Origin: Burkholderiales bacterium
Lineage (GTDB): Bacteria > Pseudomonadota > Gammaproteobacteria > Burkholderiales > Eutrophovitaceae
Length of the DNA stretch: 64,000 nt
Reading direction: 5' to 3'
NCBI GenBank assembly: GCA_035528435.1
Contig: DATKYN010000007.1
Span: forward strand, 2,694 to 66,693
Shown here: piece after piece, positions 56,094 to 64,000 of the stretch
Layout of the letters: the number at the start of each line of letters is the position of its first letter
How positions within the stretch are numbered: the first letter of the stretch is position 1
The notes under the pieces: generated by a model
Told to the model about the DNA's origin: nothing
The model's database searches: none
The model's input: the letters and a program-made list of their open reading frames with translations, nothing else
Program-made: the position numbers and the translations under genes

Positions 56094-58283
56094 TCAGGAT
56101 TTGAGTCTTGTGACGCGAACCACTTCGGGGACGCTGCGCAGGCCGCGCATGACCTTGGCAAGGTGGATCCGGTCGGCAACCAGCACGGAAAAGTTGATTT
56201 CGGCATAGGCCGAGGAGTGACTTGGTTCCAGATTCACGCTCTCGATGTTCGATTCGGTTTTTGCTATTTCGGCCGCGATTTTGGCCAGCACGCCACGCCC
56301 TTCCGATGCCAGTACCCGTAAGTTGACTGTAAACAGCTTCTTTGAGTCTGACGCCCATTCGACGTCCATCCACTTGTCGGTGTCAGCCCGCGACCGGCGT
56401 GCCACCGGACAGTCGTGAGTATGGATGATCAGCCCATGCCCTTTTCGCAGGTAGCCAATGATCGGATCACCGGGGATGGGGTGGCAGCATTTCGCAAACT
56501 GCAGGGCCATTCCCTCTGAACCGTGTATCACCAGACTGCCTGGTTGCCGGGTTGCGCCATCGTGTTCGCCGATTGACAGCAGTTGGCGCGCGACCACCAC
56601 CGCAAGTTGTTTTCCCAGTCCGAGGTCGGCGAGCACCTCGTCACGCGACTTGGCAGCGGTATTTTTCAACAACTGGGCCCATTGCTCGTCAGTGATGTCC
56701 TCCGGCCCCGACTTGAGCGCGACCAGTGCCTGGACGAGCAGTCGCTCCCCGAGCTTCGAGGATTCTTCGTACTGCATGGTCTTCATAACATGGCGAATGC
56801 GCGAGCGCGCCTTGCTGGTGACGACAAAATTGAGCCATGCGGGATTGGGTTTCGCGTGTGCTGCAGTGATGATTTCGACGCGATCACCACTTGTCAGCTC
56901 GGTTCGAAGCGGTACCAGTTCGTGGTTTATCTTGGCCGCGACGCAGTGACTTCCGATATCAGTATGCACGGCATAGGCAAAATCGACACACGTCGCACCG
57001 TGCGGCATCGACATGATTTTGCCTTTCGGCGTAAAAACGTAGACCTCGTCCGGGAACAGGTCGACTTTCAAGTGTTCCAGGAACTCCGCCGCATTTCCTG
57101 ATTCCGAATGCATCTCCAGCAAGCTTTGCATCCACTGGTGCGTCTTGGTCTGCAAATCCGACAGAGATGTGCCGCTTTCTTTGTACAACCAGTGCGATGC
57201 AACGCCTGCTTCGGCAATCTTGTGCATCTCTTCGGTGCGGATCTGTACTTCGATGGGCGTGCTGAACGGGCCAAACAGGGTGGTATGCAACGACTGATAG
57301 CCGTTGTCCTTTGCGATCGCTATGTAGTCCTTGAACTTGCCCGGAATCGGCTTGTAGAGCTGATGCAATGCACCCAACGCCAGATAGCACGCCGGCATGT
57401 CATTGACGATGACGCGGAAACCGTAGATGTCGTAGACCTCGGCAAACGACAACGTTTTCTCCGTCATCTTCTTGTAGATGCTGTACAACGTTTTTTCGCG
57501 CCCGGTAACCACCGCTTCAATATTGTGATCGCTCAGCGTCTTCCGGATCGCATCGAGAATCTTGCTCACTACTTCTCGACGATTGCCGCGCGCACGCGTG
57601 AGCGCTTTCATCAGCACCTGATAACGGTTCGGGTACCGATGCTGAAGCGACAGCTCCTGTAGCTCCTGATACAGATTGTTCAACCCCAGGCGGTTGGCAA
57701 TAGGCGCGTAGATCTCCATTGTCTCGCGCGCGATGCGCGCCCGCTTGTGTCGCTGCATCGCGGTCAAAGTGCGCATATTGTGCAGTCGGTCAGCGAGCTT
57801 AATGAGGATGACGCGTACATCACGGGCCATCGCCAGCAGCATCTTGCGGAAGTTCTCGGCCTGCTCCTGTTCCTGCGACTCGAACTGAAACTTGTCGAGC
57901 TTGGATACGCCATCGACGAGCTCGGCGACGACTTTCCCGTATCGTTCCTCAATGTCGCCTTTGGTGACGGACGTGTCTTCCATCACGTCGTGTAGCAGGG
58001 CCGCGGTCAGCGCCTGGCCATCCAGCCTCCATTGCACGAGTATCTGTGATACCGCAACGGGGTGGGAGATATACGGGTCGCCGGTCATGCGAAACTGACC
58101 GTGGTGCGCGCTATCACTGAACTGGTAGGCGCTTTCGAGCTGGGAGACTTCCTCCGACCGCAGATAGTCGGCTGCATCCCTGAACAGGACATTAGCCGCC
58201 GGCGTTGTTTCCGGCGGGGCTGGTTGCTGTCCTGTGTGCAGGGGCGTCATGGTATCCAATTGCGTTCTTGCCCTGTCCTCCAT
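56094..58283 (-). CDS. spoT: Bifunctional (p)ppGpp synthetase/hydrolase SpoT (RelA/SpoT homologue)
   Basis: HD domain (…HHGQFRMTGDPYISHPVAV…HDVMEDT), synthetase domain (…YQSLHTT…), and TGS and ACT-like C-terminal parts. The start is ambiguous (58283, 58250 or 58355, the last overlapping rpoZ). Confidence 0.93.
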   Translation of the reverse strand: MEDRARTQLDTMTPLHTGQQPAPPETTPAANVLFRDAADYLRSEEVSQLESAYQFSDSAHHGQFRMTGDPYISHPVAVSQILVQWRLDGQALTAALLHDVMEDTSVTKGDIEERYGKVVAELVDGVSKLDKFQFESQEQEQAENFRKMLLAMARDVRVILIKLADRLHNMRTLTAMQRHKRARIARETMEIYAPIANRLGLNNLYQELQELSLQHRYPNRYQVLMKALTRARGNRREVVSKILDAIRKTLSDHNIEAVVTGREKTLYSIYKKMTEKTLSFAEVYDIYGFRVIVNDMPACYLALGALHQLYKPIPGKFKDYIAIAKDNGYQSLHTTLFGPFSTPIEVQIRTEEMHKIAEAGVASHWLYKESGTSLSDLQTKTHQWMQSLLEMHSESGNAAEFLEHLKVDLFPDEVYVFTPKGKIMSMPHGATCVDFAYAVHTDIGSHCVAAKINHELVPLRTELTSGDRVEIITAAHAKPNPAWLNFVVTSKARSRIRHVMKTMQYEESSKLGERLLVQALVALKSGPEDITDEQWAQLLKNTAAKSRDEVLADLGLGKQLAVVVARQLLSIGEHDGATRQPGSLVIHGSEGMALQFAKCCHPIPGDPIIGYLRKGHGLIIHTHDCPVARRSRADTDKWMDVEWASDSKKLFTVNLRVLASEGRGVLAKIAAEIAKTESNIESVNLEPSHSSAYAEINFSVLVADRIHLAKVMRGLRSVPEVVRVTRLKS

Positions 58284-58308
58284 GCGGGACGGGGCATTGG
58301 GGTCGAGT

Positions 58309-58512
58309 CTACGCCTTTGGGTTGAGAACCTCGAGACCGACCTTGCCAGCTGCAATCTCGCGCAAAGCGATCACCGTTGGCTTATCCTTGTTGCCTTCGA
58401 CATGCGGCGAAGCGCCGGTCGCGATTTGCCGGGCGCGATAGGTCGCAGCAAGCGTCAGCTCAAAGCGGTTAGAGATACTACCCAGACAATCGTCGACTGT
58501 GATTCGTGCCAT
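58309..58512 (-). CDS. rpoZ: DNA-directed RNA polymerase subunit omega
   Basis: [30 protein letters not shown]…, 67 aa, in the gmk-rpoZ-spoT order. Confidence 0.95.
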   Translation of the reverse strand: MARITVDDCLGSISNRFELTLAATYRARQIATGASPHVEGNKDKPTVIALREIAAGKVGLEVLNPKA

Positions 58513-58519
58513 ACGCCGA

Positions 58520-59128
58520 TCACTTTATGCTGTTGATAAGAGCTTGGTTTCGATCAAGCTGTGCCGCTAGGCGCAGTCGCGTACTGCGAACGATGCTAAT
58601 CAGGTCCTGCACCGCTGTGTCGAATTCGTCATTGATAATAACATAGTCAAACTCGTGCACATGGGATACCTCACTGCGGGCGGCGGCCAGCCGGCGGGCA
58701 ATCACCTCGTCGCTGTCCTGGGCTCGTTTGGTCAGTCTCCCGCGGAGCGCATCAATCGACGGCGGCAGTACGAAAACGCCGATTGCCTCGGGCATCAGGG
58801 TACGAACCTGCATGGCGCCTTGCCAGTCAATTTCAAGGACAATGTCTCGACCCTGCCGTCGTTGCTCCTCGAGCCACTTTTGCCCGGTGCCATACATATT
58901 TCCATGCACCTGCGCGCTTTCCAGGAACTCGCCAGCTTCAAGCATGGTCTCGAACGAATCTTTACTGACAAAGTGGTAATCGCTGCCGTCCTGTTCTCCC
59001 GGGCGACGCTGGCGTGTCGTGTGCGAAACCGATTTTCGGGTGACTGGGTCCAGTTCAATCAGCTTCCCGACCAGCGAGGTTTTGCCGGCCCCGGAAGGGG
59101 CGGAGACTATGATGACGTTGCCCTTCAT
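58520..59128 (-). CDS. gmk: Guanylate kinase
   Basis: P-loop [11 protein letters not shown] and …[18 protein letters not shown]…. Confidence 0.95.
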   Translation of the reverse strand: MKGNVIIVSAPSGAGKTSLVGKLIELDPVTRKSVSHTTRQRRPGEQDGSDYHFVSKDSFETMLEAGEFLESAQVHGNMYGTGQKWLEEQRRQGRDIVLEIDWQGAMQVRTLMPEAIGVFVLPPSIDALRGRLTKRAQDSDEVIARRLAAARSEVSHVHEFDYVIINDEFDTAVQDLISIVRSTRLRLAAQLDRNQALINSIK

Positions 59129-59988
59129 TCGATGTTCTGAATCTGCTCGCGCATCTGTTCAATGAGCACCTTCAAGCTCATTGCGCCCTGGGTCACTTCA
59201 ACATCCGCTGACTTGGACCCGAGGGTATTTGCTTCCCGGTTCAGTTCCTGCATCAGGAAGTCCAGGCGTTTGCCGACCGTTCCGCCTTTTTCAAGGATGC
59301 GGCGGATTTCCGTGACATGCGTCAAAAGCCGCTGCAACTCCTCATCGACATCAATCTTCGATGCGAACATGACGACTTCCTGTTTCAGTCGATCGTTCTC
59401 GGGTTCGAGCATCGCGTCGCGCAGCCGTATAGTCAGCTTTTCGTGAAACGCGTCGACAAGTTGAGGAATGCGCGGCGCAACGTCTTCGACGATTGCATCG
59501 ATACTGGCAGCGCGTTCAAGCAGGATCGCCTTGAGCTTTTCGCCTTCACGTGCCCGCGCGGCACTCAGGTCGGTGCAAGCCTGGTCAACCAGATTCAGGC
59601 ACTTTTCCTTGAGTTGCTCGGCCGGCATTCCGTCGTTGCCGAGCATGCCAGGCCAGCGCAATACGTCATTGACACGCAGCGACTCGGCGCCAGGCAGCGC
59701 GGCCCGCACTTGCTCGTCAAGCTGTGCCAACTGTGCAAGCAGGGCTTCATCAAGTTGCATCGCTGTCGACGCAGCGGCCATGTTGAAACTGATTCGGCAT
59801 TCGACCTTGCCGCGGGTAACACGCGCGGAGATTCGCTCGCGCAGGGCCGATTCAAGAACACGTAGTTCATCGGGCATGCGGAACTGGATGTCGAGATAGC
59901 GATGATTTACGGACCGCAAGTCAAGACTGAGTCCACCCAGAGGGGACTCGTCAGTGACAGCAGCGTAACCCGTCATACTGAAGATCAT
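59125..59988 (-). CDS. yicC: YicC family stress-induced protein
   Basis: N-terminus MIFSMTGYA… and C-terminus …[11 protein letters not shown], 287 aa. It is divergent from rph, as in E. coli. Confidence 0.9.
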   Translation of the reverse strand: MIFSMTGYAAVTDESPLGGLSLDLRSVNHRYLDIQFRMPDELRVLESALRERISARVTRGKVECRISFNMAAASTAMQLDEALLAQLAQLDEQVRAALPGAESLRVNDVLRWPGMLGNDGMPAEQLKEKCLNLVDQACTDLSAARAREGEKLKAILLERAASIDAIVEDVAPRIPQLVDAFHEKLTIRLRDAMLEPENDRLKQEVVMFASKIDVDEELQRLLTHVTEIRRILEKGGTVGKRLDFLMQELNREANTLGSKSADVEVTQGAMSLKVLIEQMREQIQNIE

Positions 59989-60144
59989 TGCAGTCGTGCT
60001 TTACAAGGTGGGAGGCATCCCACGACAATCAGGCGGTAGAAAACGATAACACAGAATCGATATCCCGCCGCGTCCCTGGTTCGAGGGCAAGCTGGAAAGA
60101 TTCGGGCGGCATGATCACAGCATGCAGTCACCAGAGGAGATGTA

Positions 60145-60861
60145 ATGCGACAGAATGGACGTGGTACGCGCGATCTGCGCGAGATTCGAATTCATCGCGG
60201 TTTCACGCGTCATGCGGAAGGTTCGGTCCTGATTGAATTTGGCGAGACCCGGGTTATCTGCACAGCAAGTGTGGTGGAAAGGGTGCCGCCATTTCTCAAG
60301 GGCAAAGGGCAGGGCTGGCTCACTGCCGAGTACGGCATGTTGCCGCGCTCAACCGGCAGTCGCATGGACCGTGAGGCCGCCCGCGGCAAGCAGTCAGGAC
60401 GGACCCAGGAAATCCAGCGCCTGATTGGCCGCAGCCTGCGCGCGGTGACGGCGCTGCCGCTGCTGGGTGAGCGCACGGTGCATGTGGATTGCGACGTCAT
60501 TCAGGCCGATGGCGGTACCCGCACCGCCAGCATTACCGGAGCATATGTCGCGCTACATGATGCGGCAAACCTGCTGATGCGTAACAAGGTTATCTCGAAA
60601 TGGCCGATCCGGGACCTGGTGGCGGCGGTATCCGTCGGCATTGTTCAGGGCGAAGCCATGCTCGATCTTGATTACACTGAAGATTCGGGCTGCGATACCG
60701 ACATGAACGTCGTAATGACGGGTGCTGGCGGATTCGTCGAGGTTCAGGGTACGGCTGAAGGCGATGTATTCAATCGTGCCGAGTTGGATGCCCTCATTGG
60801 CCTTGCCTCAGAGGGAATCGGGCGTCTGGTGCAAATCCAGAAGTCGGCGCTGCAGTTGTGA
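60145..60861 (+). CDS. rph: Ribonuclease PH
   Basis: [16 protein letters not shown]…[17 protein letters not shown]…[14 protein letters not shown]…, 238 aa. Confidence 0.96.
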   Translation: MRQNGRGTRDLREIRIHRGFTRHAEGSVLIEFGETRVICTASVVERVPPFLKGKGQGWLTAEYGMLPRSTGSRMDREAARGKQSGRTQEIQRLIGRSLRAVTALPLLGERTVHVDCDVIQADGGTRTASITGAYVALHDAANLLMRNKVISKWPIRDLVAAVSVGIVQGEAMLDLDYTEDSGCDTDMNVVMTGAGGFVEVQGTAEGDVFNRAELDALIGLASEGIGRLVQIQKSALQL

Positions 60862-60866
60862 AGCCG

Positions 60867-61511
60867 ATGAGTCCGGCCGGCAAGGTCGTTCTTGCATCCG
60901 GTAATCCGGGCAAGATCCGAGAGATTGCCCGCTTGCTCACACCGCTTGGCCTCGAGATCGTCCCTCAGGAAGTGTTGGGCGTGCCGCCCGCGGAGGAGCC
61001 GCACCCGACATTCGTCGAAAACGCCCTCGCCAAGGCCCGCCATGCAGCGGTTGCGACCGGATTGCCGGCGCTTGCCGACGATTCCGGCATCTGTGTGGCA
61101 GCACTTGGTGGTGCGCCTGGTGTGCACTCGGCGCGCTATGCCGGGCTGCCGTCGTCGGACGAGAATAACAACGCGTGCCTTCTGCAGCAGATGTCCGCAC
61201 TGTCCGACCGGCGCGCTCATTACTATTGCGTCATCGTCCTTGTGCGATATGCTGATGATCCACAGCCGATCATCGCAGAAGGTGAATGGCACGGCGAGAT
61301 TCTGCGTTCGCCGCGCGGCACGCGCGGTTTTGGGTACGATCCCCTGTTTCTGGATTGCCACTCGGGTTTGACCGGTGCGGAACTGGCGTCCTCCAGGAAG
61401 AACCGGGTCAGTCACCGTGGCAAGGCCATGCGCAAACTCATGCGTGTCCTGTCAACGTCACAAGGTGTAGTCGGGTCTGGCATCAGCCTGCCAAGGGTGC
61501 GCGAAACGTAG
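60867..61511 (+). CDS. rdgB: RdgB/HAM1 family non-canonical purine NTP pyrophosphatase
   Basis: …KVVLASGNPGKIREI…, …GLPALADDSGICV… and …FGYDPLF…SHRGKA…. The start is ATG 60867, or GTG 60858 overlapping the rph stop. Confidence 0.93.
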   Translation: MSPAGKVVLASGNPGKIREIARLLTPLGLEIVPQEVLGVPPAEEPHPTFVENALAKARHAAVATGLPALADDSGICVAALGGAPGVHSARYAGLPSSDENNNACLLQQMSALSDRRAHYYCVIVLVRYADDPQPIIAEGEWHGEILRSPRGTRGFGYDPLFLDCHSGLTGAELASSRKNRVSHRGKAMRKLMRVLSTSQGVVGSGISLPRVRET

Positions 61512-61559
61512 GGGTTCGGGACCGGCCTCAGACGCGATTACCTCCGCCTGGTTGGGCGT

Positions 61560-62615
61560 CTAGCGTTTGATGCTCAGAATCGTAAAGCCTTCACCAATCA
61601 GCGAGCGATCGGGAGCGCCTTTGAAGCCCGCAACGGACAGCAGTTGTTCCTGCTCCTCGCGCGTGGGGATGACATTACCCCAGGTCATTTCCTCAAATCC
61701 GGTTTGCAGCGGAAACTGGAACTCCGGACGGCGTGCTTCCTCGATTGTCGATGGGTAGGTTTCGTCAACGATCAGTAACCAACCGCCGGGTTTGAGTACA
61801 TGGGCACAGCCATTGATGACATGCTGCCTGATCTGCGGTGCAATCTCGTGCAGGACCTCGATCATCACGACGGCATCAAAGCTGGCCTCCGGCAGATCGG
61901 CAACGTCGCTTTCGATGACTTCGATGCGTGATTCCATGCCGGCCATGCCAATCTTGTTTCTGGCGATCTCGATTCCGGTCGGGTCGATGTCTGCGCCGGT
62001 ACAGTGTGCATTGGGCCAGGCCTTGGCGAGTTGCATCAGAAAGCGGCCGGTACCGCAGCCGATTTCGAGCACGCGCGCGCCGTTTTCGAGGCGCTCGGGC
62101 ATACCGTCAAGATTGGGGAGTATTTTGCGGGCGGTTGCCATATGCAGCCCGCCGATAGCGTCGCCAATCGTGTCAGCGAAGGCATGACTGCGGCCCTGGA
62201 AGGGCACTGTCTCCCCGGTGCGGAATGCCTTGCGACACAGTTCGAAATCCTCGGTCAGGAACGCCGTTCCCAGTCGTATGTAGCCAGTCAGGTCGCGCGG
62301 ATGTCCGGGGGAGGCGAGTATCTTGTCCATGTACGGTGCCAGCGTGAAGTGGCGTTGCGCATCGGCATCGAGTAAGCCAAGTCCCAATGCGGTCATGCAC
62401 CACACGTCGACATAGGGTGGATGCAATTTAAGGTCAGCCGCGATTTGTGCCGCAGTTTGCCCGGGTTTCTCGGCGAGCGTCTTGAACAATCCCAGTTCGA
62501 CACCGATATCGATCAGGAATACCGCATTGAATCCCCGCCGCCAGGTAAATATTTTCGCTACCTGATCATCGACGCTGATTGCCGTTTCGTTTGGGGCCGG
62601 ATTGTTCATGTGCAT
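61560..62615 (-). CDS. Class I SAM-dependent methyltransferase with N-terminal winged-helix-like domain
   Basis: SAM motif I VLEIGCGTGRF, followed by …GADIDP…. The N-terminal roughly 100 aa resembles the dimerisation/wHTH domain of O-methyltransferase-type enzymes. The substrate is unknown. Confidence 0.75.
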   Translation of the reverse strand: MHMNNPAPNETAISVDDQVAKIFTWRRGFNAVFLIDIGVELGLFKTLAEKPGQTAAQIAADLKLHPPYVDVWCMTALGLGLLDADAQRHFTLAPYMDKILASPGHPRDLTGYIRLGTAFLTEDFELCRKAFRTGETVPFQGRSHAFADTIGDAIGGLHMATARKILPNLDGMPERLENGARVLEIGCGTGRFLMQLAKAWPNAHCTGADIDPTGIEIARNKIGMAGMESRIEVIESDVADLPEASFDAVVMIEVLHEIAPQIRQHVINGCAHVLKPGGWLLIVDETYPSTIEEARRPEFQFPLQTGFEEMTWGNVIPTREEQEQLLSVAGFKGAPDRSLIGEGFTILSIKR

Positions 62616-62708
62616 TCCTTCAGATTCGGAGCGTTTCGATCGTGAGATTAACAGATCACGTGGACCCGGGCCGGCGAGCTAGAATGGTCTGCTGAAACCA
62701 CGCTTCCA

Positions 62709-63920
62709 ATGCCTTCGTCTTCTACCAAAATCCTGTCCCCGGTAAAACTGCAATTACCGGGGACCGTGCGACTTGCAGCGTTGCCGCCCCTGTCGCTGTA
62801 CGTCCACATCCCCTGGTGTGTGCGCAAGTGCCCGTATTGCGATTTCAATTCGCATGAGGCGCGTGGCGAGCTGCCGGAGCAGGCTTACGTCGCAGCCCTC
62901 ATTAGCGATCTGGAATCGGCGTTGCCGTCCATCTGGGGGCGTCCGGTCCATACTGTCTTCTTTGGTGGTGGTACGCCATCGCTGTTATCGGCTGACGCCA
63001 TCGACCGGCTGCTGGCGGCCATTCGGGCTCGTGTCACGCTCCTCCCCGGTGCCGAGATTACGCTGGAGGCCAATCCGGGGACGGTTGAAGCTGCCAGATT
63101 TGCCGGGTTTCGCGCCGCTGGCGTGAACCGCCTCTCGGTTGGCGTGCAAAGCCTCAACCCGAAGCATCTGCGCGCGTTGGGGCGCATCCATGATGCGCAA
63201 CAGGCACGTGATGCCATTGAAACCGCACAGGCGTGTTTCGACAGCATCAATGTGGATTTGATGTATGCGCTTCCGGGCCAGGAAATGGAGGATGCGCTGC
63301 GTGACTTGCGCGCCGTGCTTGCGTACTCACCCCAGCATCTGTCGGTCTATCATCTGACCGTCGAGCCGAATACGTACTTTCATCGTTATCCCCCGCAGGT
63401 TCCCGATGATGATGTGGCGGCAGCAATGCAGGAAGCGCTTGAGGCGCTATTGGCAGAGCAAGGCTACGTCCACTACGAGACATCGGCGTTTGCGAAGCCC
63501 GGATTTGAATCCCGCCACAACCTGAACTATTGGCGCTTTGGGGACTATCTTGGCATCGGCGCCGGTGCGCACTCGAAAATATCGTTCCCCGATCGCATCG
63601 TTCGCGAGATGCGTTACAAACAGCCGCGCGAGTATCTTCGGCGGGTGGCAAATGGGACGCCGATCCAGACTGCAAGCGAGGTTCCAGCGCATGGATTGCC
63701 GTTCGAATTCATGATGAATGCGATGCGGCTCACCGGAGGGGTGGAAGCAGGCATCTTCCAGGAAAGAACGGGATTGCCGGTTTCGGCCATCGCTGGCCGT
63801 TTGAAAAAAGCCCGGGAAACCGGGTTGATAGAGCATACCGTTGCACGTTTAAAGCCGAGTTTGAAGGGGCAACGCTTCTTGAATGATCTGTTGACCCTGT
63901 TTCTTGACGCAGAGGTATGA
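62709..63920 (+). CDS. hemW: Radical SAM heme chaperone HemW (YggW; coproporphyrinogen oxidase-like)
   Basis: LSLYVHIPWCVRKCPYCDFNS (CxxxCxxC) plus HemN-like C-terminal domain features, 403 aa. Confidence 0.92.
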   Translation: MPSSSTKILSPVKLQLPGTVRLAALPPLSLYVHIPWCVRKCPYCDFNSHEARGELPEQAYVAALISDLESALPSIWGRPVHTVFFGGGTPSLLSADAIDRLLAAIRARVTLLPGAEITLEANPGTVEAARFAGFRAAGVNRLSVGVQSLNPKHLRALGRIHDAQQARDAIETAQACFDSINVDLMYALPGQEMEDALRDLRAVLAYSPQHLSVYHLTVEPNTYFHRYPPQVPDDDVAAAMQEALEALLAEQGYVHYETSAFAKPGFESRHNLNYWRFGDYLGIGAGAHSKISFPDRIVREMRYKQPREYLRRVANGTPIQTASEVPAHGLPFEFMMNAMRLTGGVEAGIFQERTGLPVSAIAGRLKKARETGLIEHTVARLKPSLKGQRFLNDLLTLFLDAEV

Positions 63921-64000
63921 AGCGGACTGGTCGCTTGTGGCGCCCGCTCCGCCGTGGCGAAAATGCCGATCAGCGGCGACGGAAAATGATGTCCCATACG

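Noticed and set aside
60744-61415. 223-aa minus-strand ORF over rph/rdgB
   Set aside because: It is antisense to two well-supported genes and has an Arg-rich composition.
63614-63997. 127-aa minus-strand ORF at the right window edge
   Set aside because: It overlaps the last roughly 300 nt of hemW in antisense. Only about 77 nt lie outside hemW, which is too little to support a gene.

Overview
This is a moderately GC-rich, almost fully coding chromosomal core region of a Gram-negative proteobacterium. The gene order is gamma/beta-proteobacterial and resembles several Pseudomonas-type syntenic blocks (inference from memory). By eye I found no rRNA, CRISPR array, IS/transposase, integrase or phage genes. 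Contents in order: (1) the 3' part of an mshQ-like gene, then an MSHA-type type IV pilus assembly operon (mshI / pilN-like / mshJ / mshK / mshL secretin / mshM / mshN); (2) comF and bioB-bioC; (3) a complete aa3-type cytochrome c oxidase structural and biogenesis cluster (DUF2244, coxB, ctaD, a small unlisted ORF, ctaG, DUF2970, coxC, DUF2909, SURF1, an SCO-like protein, ctaA, cyoE/ctaB, SCO1); (4) rpoH-ftsX-ftsE-ftsY, an M16 peptidase pair, rsmD-coaD-ferredoxin and mutM; (5) a GldA/F/G-like ABC module with a DUF4340 partner; (6) TPR-lolB-ispE-tRNA-Gln-prs-rplY-pth-ychF; (7) yebC-ruvC-ruvA-(DUF2059)-ruvB-ybgC-tolQRAB-pal-cpoB-queC-tRNA-Lys; (8) a small accessory-looking patch (FAH-family hydrolase, orphan LivK-like binding protein, a membrane protein, a small Cys-rich secreted protein); (9) spoT-rpoZ-gmk-yicC, rph-rdgB, a SAM methyltransferase and hemW. 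I did not find a convincing new multi-gene system. The best follow-up candidates are the uncharacterised GldAFG-like/DUF4340 module, the tRNA-Lys-adjacent patch with the Cys-rich secreted protein, the rearranged MSHA locus, the candidate sigma-E/sigma-54 promoter upstream of rpoH, and the unlisted small ORF in the cox cluster. Many long ORFs in the six-frame track are antisense artefacts of GC-rich coding DNA and were rejected. All product calls rest on motif recognition in the translations and on synteny, not on database searches.
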